DNA of 45,811 bases from Burkholderiales bacterium. Its GTDB lineage: Bacteria > Pseudomonadota > Gammaproteobacteria > Burkholderiales > SG8-39. Numbering within the stretch: position 1 is the stretch's first letter; each line of letters starts with the position of its first letter. Location: assembly GCA_035251855.1 (NCBI GenBank), contig DATFDV010000295.1, positions 1-45,811 of the forward strand, in the 5' to 3' direction. The notes beneath the pieces were generated by a model. It was not told the DNA's origin, did no database searches, and saw only the letters and a program-made list of their open reading frames with translations. The position numbers were made by a program, and so were the translations under genes. Below are positions 17,283 through 26,247 of the stretch, in pieces.

Positions 17283-17915
17283 TTATCGGGCTTCGGCCTC
17301 GAGCAGCGCGAGGCGGAGCCGCCGCTGGCGCGCGGCAATGATTGCCGCGGCGCGGCAATCGGCGGCGTTCTGCGTCTGCGTGCGCCGCGTCTCCAGGGTG
17401 CGCAGCGCGACGTCGGTGGTCGGGAAAGCGGGAAAGGTCACCGGCGAGACGTCGAAGAGCTCCACTTCGAGCAGCGTACGCAGCGGGATTTCCTCGCTTT
17501 CGTCCCATTCTTCCCGCATCATCTTGAAGCCGAAGCTCATCTGGGACACGTCGCCGCGGGCCACCGGTGCCAGCACCAGGTCGCGCACGAGCTGGGTGTC
17601 GGGCGGGCTGATGTCGATCGCGAGCCCGACGGCGTCTTCCGACAGGCGCAGCGTGCCGGCGCGGTTGCGGCCGAGCACCCAATCTTCGTCGTGGTTGAAA
17701 AGCGCGCGCACATCGTCCTCCGCGATCGCGCGGCGGAAGGCCCCGGGTGCTATGCGCTCGCGGAACCAGCGGCCGATCTTCACCGTCTGGTTGAACACGG
17801 CGGCATGCCCCATCAGCCGCGCGCCGCCCTCGGCGCGGGTTTCGACGCGCATGGCGTCGGCGGTGAAGGTGCGCCGCTCCAGGTCGGGCGCAGAAGCGCG
17901 GTTCTCGCGTGGCAT
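17283..17915 (-). CDS. HK97-family prohead protease
   Basis: 210 aa. ...LMGHAAVFNQ...ERIAPGAFRRAI...VRALFNHDEDWVLGR resembles the family. Confidence 0.8.
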   Translation of the reverse strand: MPRENRASAPDLERRTFTADAMRVETRAEGGARLMGHAAVFNQTVKIGRWFRERIAPGAFRRAIAEDDVRALFNHDEDWVLGRNRAGTLRLSEDAVGLAIDISPPDTQLVRDLVLAPVARGDVSQMSFGFKMMREEWDESEEIPLRTLLEVELFDVSPVTFPAFPTTDVALRTLETRRTQTQNAADCRAAAIIAARQRRLRLALLEAEAR

Positions 17916-17918
17916 GGT

Positions 17919-19232
17919 CTAGCCCTCCGTTCCAGTGCGTGCGGGTGGATCCATCATCGGGTCGTCGCCTGCGGGCGGCTCGGGATCCGGCGCCATGTCA
18001 GCCTTGCCGACCGGCGGCATGATCTCGCCCATCTCGTCGATCACGGTCATGTTGAGCGGCATACGCGCTAGCGAAAGCCCGGGCAGCGGATTCAGGTTTT
18101 CCTTCGCGCGCGCTTCGTTCGGCAGGAGCCACCCGGCGGCAATACCGCTGCGGTAGGCTTCATACCGGCTCTTCTGGTCGCCGCGGAGCAGCGCCGTGAC
18201 GTTGTGCTCGACGTAATGCGTTGCTTCCTCGCCTTCATTGAAGAGATCGCGCTCGACGCATTGCTCGTAGCGCGTGCTCCACGGCGTCAACGTGTGCACC
18301 ACGAAGCCGATCTGCCGCTGCTCGACGCCGGTGCCCCAGCTCGTGGTCTTGGTGGTCGAACCGATCATGTCGGGCGGCACGCGGTAGATGCGTGCGATAT
18401 CCTCGGTGGTCTTCTCCGAGAGTGCCACGTACTGGGCGTCCTCGAGGGTCATCCCGATCTGGTGCCACTTCATCCCCTCTTCGAGGATGGCGACCTTGCC
18501 GGTGTTGGCGAGACCGCTGTAGATCTCGTCCCACTGTTTTCTCAACTCCGGCAGCGCGTCGCCCAGGCGCGCCGGGTGCTCGATCACGCCCGAGAGCCGC
18601 GTGCCGTTGACGAAGGTGCGCCCGCCGTGCTCCTGGAGTGCCGCGGCAAAGCCCAGCGCTTCGCGGTGCAGCGCGATCGGCGAGACGCCGCGCAGTCCGT
18701 CGAAGCCCAGGCCTGCCAGGTGGAAGAGCTCGCCGCGCAGAAACACGCGCTTGCCACCCTCGGCCGGGAAGTAGGCATAGGCGACGTCCTGCTGCTGGCT
18801 GCGCCAGAACGGCCACACGCGGTCCGGGTGCAGCGGGATCAACTGGTCAACGCCGCGCCCGCCGGTGCCGACGATCTGGGCGTAGGCGTTGCCGCGCAGC
18901 AGGCAGTGCCCGATCATCATCTCGCGGAACTGCATGGCGGTCTGCCAGCGGTTCGGACGAGCATTGAGGATCGAATAGAGCCGGTGCGAACGGTCGATCT
19001 CGCGGCCGTCGTCCGCGCGCCGCCGGTAGACCGGCAGCGGCAGCATGGCGAGCGTCTCCGCGATCAGGCGCACGCAGGCGAAGACCGCGATCAGCTCGAG
19101 CGCCGTGTCGGGCGTGATGCGGTTGCCGAGCACGGTGTTGTTCGAGCCGAACCACGCCGCGAGCGCCGGATCGCGCGGGTGCAGCGGATCCACCGCCGTC
19201 GCCCGCGTTTCCAGCCTGGAGAGCCAGCCCAT
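17919..19232 (-). CDS. Portal protein, HK97 family
   Basis: 437 aa. Position and family-like sequence. Confidence 0.85.
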   Translation of the reverse strand: MGWLSRLETRATAVDPLHPRDPALAAWFGSNNTVLGNRITPDTALELIAVFACVRLIAETLAMLPLPVYRRRADDGREIDRSHRLYSILNARPNRWQTAMQFREMMIGHCLLRGNAYAQIVGTGGRGVDQLIPLHPDRVWPFWRSQQQDVAYAYFPAEGGKRVFLRGELFHLAGLGFDGLRGVSPIALHREALGFAAALQEHGGRTFVNGTRLSGVIEHPARLGDALPELRKQWDEIYSGLANTGKVAILEEGMKWHQIGMTLEDAQYVALSEKTTEDIARIYRVPPDMIGSTTKTTSWGTGVEQRQIGFVVHTLTPWSTRYEQCVERDLFNEGEEATHYVEHNVTALLRGDQKSRYEAYRSGIAAGWLLPNEARAKENLNPLPGLSLARMPLNMTVIDEMGEIMPPVGKADMAPDPEPPAGDDPMMDPPARTGTEG

Positions 19233-19266
19233 CAGTTCACGCTCCCGGTGCAGACGTCTGCACCCA

Positions 19267-19527
19267 TTATTTGTCCTTGGCCGGCGCCGTCGGGCGGCGC
19301 AGCACCACCAGCGCGATCAACAACGCGCCGCACACGATCCAGGCGAGCGCCGGGCGCTCGAGCCACAGGCCGTAGAACAGCGCGGCGAGGCCGGCGACGA
19401 ACACCACGTCCCGCAACTCCGGCGCCGCCAGGCGCGCGAGGGCAAGCCAGCGCGCGCGGCGCTCGGTGCGGCGCTGGCGGCGTGCCACCAGCTCGGCTTC
19501 GGTGTGCGCGCGCGGGCTACCCCACAC
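19267..19527 (-). CDS. Small membrane protein (2 predicted TM segments)
   Basis: 86 aa, GTG start. VVFVAGLAALFYGLWL and LAWIVCGALLIALVVL are hydrophobic stretches. Lies between TerL and portal. Confidence 0.45.
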   Translation of the reverse strand: MWGSPRAHTEAELVARRQRRTERRARWLALARLAAPELRDVVFVAGLAALFYGLWLERPALAWIVCGALLIALVVLRRPTAPAKDK

Positions 19528-21544
19528 TGACCAGCCCCCGCGTCTTGTAGACGCTTTCCTTGACCGGATTGGCGATGCGCCGCGCGAGCGTCATGAGGAG
19601 CCCGATCACGCCGTCGATCTTGTTCTCCGGTCGTTCCTTGTTCGGGTAGATGTTGTCCTTGCGGTCGCGGTGGCACACGACGTTCGATATCATCCACTCG
19701 AGCACCGGATCGCCGTCGTGGTGGAATTTGCCCTGCAGCACGAGCTCCTCGAGGAACTTCATCGGCTCCGAGAAGTTGAGCACCGTCGGGCGCATCTCCA
19801 CCATGGTGTAGCCGTCCTCGATCATCTCGCCGGCAAACTGCGTCAACTGCGCCGGATCGAACGCGATCTCGGTGAGGTTGTGCCGGCCGGCATCGCCAGG
19901 CACCTCCGGCCGCGCGCCACGAATCAGCGCCGCGCGCGCCGGGCCCGCCCGCTTCACCAGCGCCGCGGTGCCGATCAGATCCTCCCGCACCGCCTCGATG
20001 TCCACCACTTCGCCCGGCGTTTCGACGATCAGGCCATGCTCCGCCCAGCTCTTCAGGTGGTCGTTGCCCTTGAGGTTGAGCATGCGCGCCGGCGCGTAGT
20101 AGCGGCCGAACGCGTAGTAGTGCCCGCTCTTCTCGAACAGCTTGACCTTGGCGAACAGGTCGGTCTTGAACGCGGCGTCGAGTGCCGCGATGCAGTCCGC
20201 GCCCGTGAACTCGTCCTCGGCGAGCTCCGCGTCTTCGCAGCGGCGCCAGGCCGCCATGTCCATCCAGGCGACGTCGGCGTTCAACCACTGGTTGCAGCGC
20301 TTGGTGCGGAACTCGCTCTGCTCCGATGGCATCGATAGCGCCCGCCGGCACTGCGCCCGCAGGTCCGCGAGGAGGCCTGCGGCATACGCCGCGTTGTGCG
20401 TCGCGAGCAGCATCGGGTTCGCCTTCGCCCATACCGCTTCATCACCCCAGTCGTCGTCCGCGCGCTTGTCGCCGTACGAGTCGTCGAGCGTGTAGATCAG
20501 CCCGAAGTAGGTCTCGTCCTCCGCCGTGCCGCCCTTGATGGTGTAGCCCAGGCCGCCGTGCCGGTGCAACACGGCATTCAGGATCTTCACCAGGTAGCTG
20601 CGCTGCGCGTAGCACACGCCGCTGCGGTCGGTGCCGGCGGTGGTGATGCCGATTCCGAGCGGCTGCGAGCGCCCGCCGGTCGAGCTGTCGAGCACGTCAT
20701 AGAGGCCGCGATCCTTCTGCGCGTGCATCTCGTCCGAGATGAAGCAGCTCGTGTTGAGCCCGTCGAGCGAGCCATAGTCACGGGCCAGCGGGGTGAATTT
20801 GCCGCCGTTGCGCGTGCAATACATCCGGCTCTTGTTGAACGCGACGCCGAGCTGCTTGAATTCCGGCTGCCGCCGCACCATCTCGCACGCCACCTCTTCC
20901 CAGATGATCTTCGCCTGGTCTTTCTTGGTCGCGGCCGTGTAGACCTCGGGCCCCTCCTCCCCATCTATTGCGAGCATGCCGAGGGCGAGCGCCGCGAGCA
21001 GCGTCGATTTCGTGTTCTTGCGCGCCTCTTCGAGATAGGCCCGGCGAAAACGCCGCAGCCTGTTGTCCACCCGTAACCAGCCGAACAACACGGCGATAAA
21101 GAAGGCCTGCGCGTCCTCCAGCACGATCTTCGGGTAGACCAGACCCTCTTCGGTGCGCTCGGGCTTCGCCAGGTCGCCCTTCACGTGCGGCATCAGTTCG
21201 ACAAACTGGCACCAGCGGATCGCTTCCTCGCAATCGAAGTAAAACGGCCAGGCCTCGTCGCGTGCCGCCACGCGCGCAAGGTCATCGAGCTGGCGCTGGC
21301 ACGCGGCCTTCACCCACTTGCACGCCAGAATGTCGCCGGCGATCACGCGCCGCGCGTACGATTCCGCCCGCGCCACATAGTCGGCGCGGGCGGGCGCGTG
21401 GTCACGATCGCAGAGTGTTTTTGAGTTTCGGTCCAGCACGCAGTCCACGCCCGCGAGAGTCGGCGACACATCCTCCGTAGCGTTCGCCATGGCTTCGAAA
21501 GCCGGCTGAGTCGCGGCTACCTCGGAGCCGCTGTCTGGCGGCAT
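19517..21544 (-). CDS. terL: Terminase large subunit
   Basis: About 675 aa. ATG 21544 overlaps the TerS stop (TGATG). Terminase_1-like sequence, e.g. ...CFISDEMHAQKDRGLYDVLDSSTGGRSQPLGIGITTAG. Confidence 0.9.
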   Translation of the reverse strand: MPPDSGSEVAATQPAFEAMANATEDVSPTLAGVDCVLDRNSKTLCDRDHAPARADYVARAESYARRVIAGDILACKWVKAACQRQLDDLARVAARDEAWPFYFDCEEAIRWCQFVELMPHVKGDLAKPERTEEGLVYPKIVLEDAQAFFIAVLFGWLRVDNRLRRFRRAYLEEARKNTKSTLLAALALGMLAIDGEEGPEVYTAATKKDQAKIIWEEVACEMVRRQPEFKQLGVAFNKSRMYCTRNGGKFTPLARDYGSLDGLNTSCFISDEMHAQKDRGLYDVLDSSTGGRSQPLGIGITTAGTDRSGVCYAQRSYLVKILNAVLHRHGGLGYTIKGGTAEDETYFGLIYTLDDSYGDKRADDDWGDEAVWAKANPMLLATHNAAYAAGLLADLRAQCRRALSMPSEQSEFRTKRCNQWLNADVAWMDMAAWRRCEDAELAEDEFTGADCIAALDAAFKTDLFAKVKLFEKSGHYYAFGRYYAPARMLNLKGNDHLKSWAEHGLIVETPGEVVDIEAVREDLIGTAALVKRAGPARAALIRGARPEVPGDAGRHNLTEIAFDPAQLTQFAGEMIEDGYTMVEMRPTVLNFSEPMKFLEELVLQGKFHHDGDPVLEWMISNVVCHRDRKDNIYPNKERPENKIDGVIGLLMTLARRIANPVKESVYKTRGLVSVG

Positions 21545-22095
21545 CAACGCACCAGGCTCGCGAGCGTCGGCTTCGCCGGCGGCGCCTCTTTCTCGCCTCC
21601 CTTGTCATCGCCCGGCTCCATCCCGGGCAGAAACGGATAGTTATCCGACGGGGTCACGCGCGATCGCGCGCTCGGCGCCAGGCCGAACGCCGCCACCGCC
21701 TTCTCATAGCGTTCTTGCGACTTGACCGAGATCTGCAGGTAGACCGACTGCATGCGGTAGCCCGAGGGCGCCTTCTCGATCAGCCCGGCTTCGCCCGACT
21801 CGTCACTGCGGTTCGCCGCGAGGATCTTCTTCTCAGCCCACACCCAGCGCGCGTACTCCTGGCAGCCCATCGCCAGCATGCCGCGATCGAGCAGCGAGAT
21901 CAGGCCGTAGCGGTGGAGCTCCTGGACGAGACGATTCCACTCGCGCCGGGCGTCCGGCCACAGCACCTTCGGGCAATCCGGGATCTCGACCTCGGGCTTG
22001 AATTCCCCGAGGAGCTGCGCGATCGGCTTTTTGCTCGGGTTTCCCTTGAGCAAATGCACGTTCGCGGGCAATGGTTTCGGCCCACGCTGACCCAT
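21544..22095 (-). CDS. terS: Terminase small subunit, P27 family
   Basis: 183 aa. MGQRGPKPLPANVHLLKGNPSKKP is the typical P27-family N-terminus. Confidence 0.85.
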   Translation of the reverse strand: MGQRGPKPLPANVHLLKGNPSKKPIAQLLGEFKPEVEIPDCPKVLWPDARREWNRLVQELHRYGLISLLDRGMLAMGCQEYARWVWAEKKILAANRSDESGEAGLIEKAPSGYRMQSVYLQISVKSQERYEKAVAAFGLAPSARSRVTPSDNYPFLPGMEPGDDKGGEKEAPPAKPTLASLVR

Positions 22096-22187
22096 AGATC
22101 ACCTTTGGAAAATACCCCCGGGTCGAATACCCCCCACCCATTTCCTCCGACCGCAAAAATTTGATTGCGAGCACGGTCTACCGCGCG

Positions 22188-22577
22188 TCAGTCCTGAAGA
22201 TTTGACCCACCCTCCCGTGCGTTGCCGAAGCCACCGTCTTCGGTGGCGGTCTTCGTGCTGTGGCACGGATTGCAAAGCGGCTGATGGTTCGACGGCTTCC
22301 AGAAGAGCGGATCGGCCGGCCCTCTCACGGGCACGATGTGATCGACACATTGCGTGGGCTCGAGGAGCCCGCGTTGCTCACACCGACGGCAGAGCGGATG
22401 CTCGCGCTTATAGTTCTCGACGTAGCGCTGCCAGCGAGCGCCGTAGCCGCGCTGCGTCGAGGAGCCGCGCCGCTGATCATGCGCCCTCTGTGCTACGTAG
22501 CGATGCTTTTCACAGCGTCCATCACTCAACACGCCGCAGCCTGGATAGGTGCATGGTCGCTTCGCTGCGCTGGGCAT
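22188..22577 (-). CDS. HNH endonuclease (terminase-associated)
   Basis: Start trimmed to ATG 22577. 129 aa; CxxC...CVDHIVP...NHQPLCNPCH is an HNH/zinc motif. Directly upstream of TerS. Confidence 0.8.
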   Translation of the reverse strand: MPSAAKRPCTYPGCGVLSDGRCEKHRYVAQRAHDQRRGSSTQRGYGARWQRYVENYKREHPLCRRCEQRGLLEPTQCVDHIVPVRGPADPLFWKPSNHQPLCNPCHSTKTATEDGGFGNAREGGSNLQD

Positions 22578-22584
22578 GGGCAAT

Positions 22585-22613
22585 AAAAAACCCGAGGCGT
22601 CGCCGCTCTCGGG
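22585..22613 (-). terminator. Intrinsic terminator (minus strand) between the late promoter and the HNH/terminase operon
   Basis: Minus strand reads AACCCGAG-agcggcgac-CTCGGGTT followed by TTTTTT (8-bp stem, 9-nt loop, T-run). Confidence 0.7.
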
Positions 22614-22652
22614 TTGAATCGCCGGGGGATACTTCACACCAGCGTAGCGCGA

Positions 22653-22681
22653 ATTCTGGGCCGAGCGCCGATAAATGTCAA
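22653..22681 (-). promoter_or_regulatory. Sigma70-like late promoter candidate (TTGACA-17-CAGAAT, minus strand)
   Basis: Minus strand reads gcTTGACAtttatcggcgctcggccCAGAATtcg. The -35 overlaps the stop of the Q-like gene. About 35 nt upstream of the terminator. Confidence 0.5.
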
Positions 22682-23145
22682 GCAACAATGCAACGACGCA
22701 GCGGCGGCCGACCGCGGGTACGCTCGACGGTCTTGAGCGGAACGCCGGCCGCCGCGTCATTGAACAGGGCCAGCAGCATCACATGCGCTGCCTCGCGCCG
22801 GTCACGAAACGAATTCGGCTTAATCCCCAGCGCCGCCGCCTTCTGCTCCGATGATCCAGACACGGCGTATTCCTCGATCATCGTATCGCGCAGGTGCTCG
22901 GGCAGCGCATTGATGCAGAGCCACGTCTCGCGCGCCTCCTCGATATCGACCGGGCAGGCATCCATGGCGTTCCGCTGGCGATCGTGATCCTGAACCAGGC
23001 GCCGGGTGATGATCTTGTGCCACCAACTACACACATGCTTCGGCCGCGGATCGCTGCCGCCGCGGGCGAGCCAGCGCACGTAGGTGTGCCAGCGGTTGCA
23101 CCGCATAATCACATAGAGCATGCCAAGCGATCCGCCCAGGCTCAT
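22678..23145 (-). CDS. Putative late-gene regulator, Q-antiterminator-like
   Basis: Start trimmed to ATG 23145, preceded by GAGGGGAAGG. 155 aa; ...YVRWLARGG...DIEEARETWLCINALPEHLRDTMIEEYAVSGSSEQKAAALGIKPNSFRDRREAAHVMLLALF resembles Q (PF06530-like) proteins. The position upstream of a promoter plus terminator supports the call. Confidence 0.5.
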   Translation of the reverse strand: MSLGGSLGMLYVIMRCNRWHTYVRWLARGGSDPRPKHVCSWWHKIITRRLVQDHDRQRNAMDACPVDIEEARETWLCINALPEHLRDTMIEEYAVSGSSEQKAAALGIKPNSFRDRREAAHVMLLALFNDAAAGVPLKTVERTRGRPPLRRCIVA

Positions 23146-23348
23146 CGCCTTCCCCTCATCAACTGTTTCACGTGAAGCCGCCGCGCCTGCGTGTAATAGC
23201 GGTCGCGCGGGACTCGGACGCACTGCGGTGCACACGTGCGCACACGGCTCGCGCGCAACGTGTCCCGCTGCAGCCGCGCCACCAGCGCATCGCCGATCTC
23301 CGCCGGGTCGCCGTAGAGCCACGCCTCGACCACCGGCGGCCACTTCAT
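23142..23348 (-). CDS. Hypothetical protein
   Basis: 68 aa. ATGA overlaps at both ends. Confidence 0.5.
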   Translation of the reverse strand: MKWPPVVEAWLYGDPAEIGDALVARLQRDTLRASRVRTCAPQCVRVPRDRYYTQARRLHVKQLMRGRR

Positions 23349-23539
23349 GGCGCGTGCCCTTCGATCAGCGCCCGGCGCGCCTGATCGGACAGCAGCCCCT
23401 CGCAGTCCATGATGAGCGGCAACGGGAAAAGCGGCAGCGTGTTCTCATCGCGCCACGGCCCCTGCGCCGCGCGGCCCACGCTGAGGAAAATCCGGGCGGC
23501 GGCGCGCCGTGCCCGCTTCTCGGCAGGGGTCGGCTTCAT
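23345..23539 (-). CDS. Hypothetical protein
   Basis: Start trimmed to ATG 23539. 64 aa. Confidence 0.45.
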   Translation of the reverse strand: MKPTPAEKRARRAAARIFLSVGRAAQGPWRDENTLPLFPLPLIMDCEGLLSDQARRALIEGHAP

Positions 23540-23547
23540 GGCGCACC

Positions 23548-23679
23548 TGCGAGGGATGCGAGCCATGCGAGGGATGTTTTCGGGCGCTGTACAGTATTTG
23601 TAAGCACTTTCTTCTCTTTTTTATGACATTTTCGCGCGTAGAGTACAAAAGATGGTACGCATCCCTCGCATCCCTCGCA
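23548..23679. repeat. Four copies of TGCGAGGGATG (two direct at 23548-23558 and 23566-23576; two inverted at 23660-23670 and 23669-23679) flanking an ~80-bp AT-rich core
   Basis: Read directly. The core is the most AT-rich stretch in this part of the genome (ttttcgggcgctgtacagtatttgtaagcactttcttctcttttttatgacattttcgcgcgtagagtacaaaagatggtac). Confidence 0.7.
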
Positions 23680-23681
23680 GG

Positions 23682-25304
23682 TCAGCCGGCATCGACCACC
23701 CTCCACAGGGCGACGTGTTCGCGCGTCTCGCCGGCCCGCTGGAACATCCGCCCTTCGACGATCCGCCCATCCTTCGACCGCAGCCAGTAGGCGAGCTTCT
23801 TGCGCGAGAGCGCCCCGCCCTTATCCTGCGCCACCGTCTCCAGCGCCTCGCGCAACACCGCATTGCCGTCGAGGATCGCGAGCTCGCACGCGCGCCGCGC
23901 CGAGGTCGGCTCCGCGCCGAACGTGTCGCGCCACGCCGCCAGCATCTGCAGGTGCTCCTGGCGTTCGGGATCTTCGGCTGCAATTAAGGCATACGAGTCA
24001 CAGGGATCCGGCAGGCCGAGCCACATCAGCGGCTCGCGGCAAAAGCGCGACCACTGCTCGAAACGCCCCCAGGGCCGGAAGATGCTCGAGCGCTCGCCGC
24101 CCGTCAGATAGCCGCGCATCACCGTGAGCCCCGCCGTCACCAGCTCCGCGCGCCGGCGCGAGAAAACCTCGCGCAGATCCACGGCGAACTCGCGCTCCTC
24201 GGGTTTCTCGTGCTTCGGGTCGATCCGGCACAACAGGGCACGGGTGCGCAGATCGCCTTGGATCACCAGCCGGTTGCCGGTCGCGAGCCACAGCGTGGTC
24301 GTCGGCACGTTCAGCATCTCGCTTTTTCCCAGCACGCGCCCCTGGTGCGTCTCGCTCGTCAGGATCGAGCACAGCCAGGCCCCGCCGAGCGGTCGCTCCA
24401 CGTTATCGATCAGCACCACCGGGTCGCCGTCCATCAGCACCGCGAGCGCGATCTTCTCCGCTTCCTCGTCCTTGGCCGGATATTGCATCGCCGCCGCGGC
24501 GACGCCCGTCGCGAGGATCGCCACGCAGTCTGCGAGCAGCGTTTTGCCCGATCCGGGCGTGGGCGCCGTGATCGCCCCCATCGGCGCCGAAGGCAGCGAG
24601 CGGCGCGCGAGCGCGGTCAGCATCAGCGCCACCGCCACCGACGCATCCGAATGCGCGACGAAGGGCAGCGAGTCGATCGCCGCCAGCAGCGTGTCGAGCG
24701 CGAGCTTCGCCTGGCGCAGCGTCGGCTTGTCCGGCACCGTCGGAAACTCCAGCCCGCACGGGTCGTACCACGTCGCCGTATCGGCGTCGTAGCCAGGTGT
24801 CTGTAGCAACGTCCCATCGGGTCGCAGGGTCGGCGCGCTGATCGCGCCCAGCAGGCGCGGCAGCTTCCAGTGGCCGCTGCGCGCGAGGTAGGTCTGCGCC
24901 ACCACTTCCGGCGCGTTCATCGCCCGCCACTTCTCGGTGCGCCCGTCGAGCTTTTCCCAGCGCGCCGCACGCGTCATCTGCTCCACCAGATACGGCGGAT
25001 TCACCGTCGAGATCCCCAGCCCGCCCGTGGGCCGGCGGAACGTGCGCACACTCATCGCCTGGCGCCGCACCACGCGCACCACGAACGGCCCGCGCTGGAA
25101 CAGAATGTCGTGCTGGCACTGCATCAGCGCCGCCTCCGCTTCATCCACCATGCGCGGCAACTCGCCCGGCGACCACTGAATGACCGGGCGCCCGCCCGTG
25201 GGGTCGAGCCCGGTGGCGGCGTGGAAATCGGCGGCGAGCGCATCAGACCCCTTCCGGGACGGCTTCGCAGACGGCGTCGACCCAGTCTTGTCTTCTTCGC
25301 TCAT
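23682..25304 (-). CDS. P-loop NTPase, putative replicative (SF3/primase-associated type) helicase
   Basis: 540 aa. Walker A APTPGSGKT and Walker B-like VVLIDNVE. In the early leftward operon. Confidence 0.65.
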   Translation of the reverse strand: MSEEDKTGSTPSAKPSRKGSDALAADFHAATGLDPTGGRPVIQWSPGELPRMVDEAEAALMQCQHDILFQRGPFVVRVVRRQAMSVRTFRRPTGGLGISTVNPPYLVEQMTRAARWEKLDGRTEKWRAMNAPEVVAQTYLARSGHWKLPRLLGAISAPTLRPDGTLLQTPGYDADTATWYDPCGLEFPTVPDKPTLRQAKLALDTLLAAIDSLPFVAHSDASVAVALMLTALARRSLPSAPMGAITAPTPGSGKTLLADCVAILATGVAAAAMQYPAKDEEAEKIALAVLMDGDPVVLIDNVERPLGGAWLCSILTSETHQGRVLGKSEMLNVPTTTLWLATGNRLVIQGDLRTRALLCRIDPKHEKPEEREFAVDLREVFSRRRAELVTAGLTVMRGYLTGGERSSIFRPWGRFEQWSRFCREPLMWLGLPDPCDSYALIAAEDPERQEHLQMLAAWRDTFGAEPTSARRACELAILDGNAVLREALETVAQDKGGALSRKKLAYWLRSKDGRIVEGRMFQRAGETREHVALWRVVDAG

Positions 25305-25767
25305 TGACCTGTTCGATTTCTGCGGACCACCAGCGCGGCCAGCCGTGGTTGTGCTCCGGATCGTTCACGTGGCGGAAGTTGCGCTGGCACAGCGCCAGCC
25401 GGCTCGCCGAGGGCGGCAGCTCGTCGCCCTCCACGTGCACGTGGATATCCGCCGCCCAGCGCCCGATCTCGCCGATCAAATCGAAAATCTTGTCCGCCGG
25501 CATGACCGAGGCCGCCGGCTGATCGAACAGCGCGACCTCGAGGCCCGTCACGCAACGAAAGTCGTAGATCCCGGGCGCGTATTCGGCGGGCTTGAGGCAG
25601 AGCTTCGGATGGCAGGCGCCGGCGCACTGCCACAGGCACAACGGCTCCTCGAACCACTTCTCGCCGTAGATGACGTGCACCACCAGCGGGTGATCGCCCG
25701 CGCGCCGCGCGTTCATCAGCGCCTTGCCGTAGGCGGGGAGCTTGAGGCGGGTCCGGCCAGGGCTCAC
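25243..25767 (-). CDS. Hypothetical protein (replication module)
   Basis: GTG 25767 forms a GTGA overlap with the upstream stop. 174 aa. Overlaps the predicted helicase start by 62 nt, so one of the two boundaries is uncertain. Confidence 0.45.
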   Translation of the reverse strand: MSPGRTRLKLPAYGKALMNARRAGDHPLVVHVIYGEKWFEEPLCLWQCAGACHPKLCLKPAEYAPGIYDFRCVTGLEVALFDQPAASVMPADKIFDLIGEIGRWAADIHVHVEGDELPPSASRLALCQRNFRHVNDPEHNHGWPRWWSAEIEQVNERRRQDWVDAVCEAVPEGV

Positions 25768-26036
25768 AAATCCCCCTTGATCCGCTCTGCCGCCGGCGCG
25801 CCGCGCTTCTCGGCCACGCCTTTCAGGTATTCCTGCTGGCGCGCCGAGCCCATGGCGCGCACGTGGCGCACTTCGCACTGGTGGCGGTATTCCTCAGTGA
25901 AGGTCGGGCCGGTGATCACCGGCGGCGCACAGCCGCCCGCCTCCACCAGATCGAGGCTCGGCGCGAGCGGCTCGGCGAGCTTCTCGTAGAAATCGAGCGC
26001 GGCGTTCACCTGGCGCGGTGTCGGATGGCGGCTCAC
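25764..26036 (-). CDS. Hypothetical protein
   Basis: 90 aa. ...EEYRHQCEVRHVRAMGSARQQEYLKGVAEKRGAPAAERIKGDL. Confidence 0.5.
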   Translation of the reverse strand: MSRHPTPRQVNAALDFYEKLAEPLAPSLDLVEAGGCAPPVITGPTFTEEYRHQCEVRHVRAMGSARQQEYLKGVAEKRGAPAAERIKGDL

Positions 26037-26097
26037 CCCTCACCTCCCGGCTCCTCTCCCGAGCGGAGAGGAAAGATTTCATGCGCTTCGCGAATGG

Positions 26098-26247
26098 TCA
26101 CAAGGCCCTCAACGCGAGGCCCAGGTTCGCGAGCGTGCAGCCCATGGCGAAGAGCGCCAACCCGTCGTCGCCGCGCACGAAGCGTTCGATCGCGACCAGG
26201 GCGTAGATGATCGCGATCAGGATGAGGAGCTGCGCGCTCATCTTCAT
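26098..26247 (-). CDS. Small 2-TM membrane protein (49 aa, below the track cutoff)
   Basis: Hand translation gives MKMSAQLLILIAIIYALVAIERFVRGDDGLALFAMGCTLANLGLALRAL*. ATG 26247 forms an ATGA overlap with the stop of the upstream gene. Confidence 0.45.
   Translation of the reverse strand: MKMSAQLLILIAIIYALVAIERFVRGDDGLALFAMGCTLANLGLALRAL

Noticed and set aside
17191-17682. N-terminal 164-codon extension of the capsid ORF in the track (15835..17682)
   Set aside because: It overlaps the protease gene in another frame and is Arg/Pro-rich. A strong RBS precedes the internal ATG at 17190.
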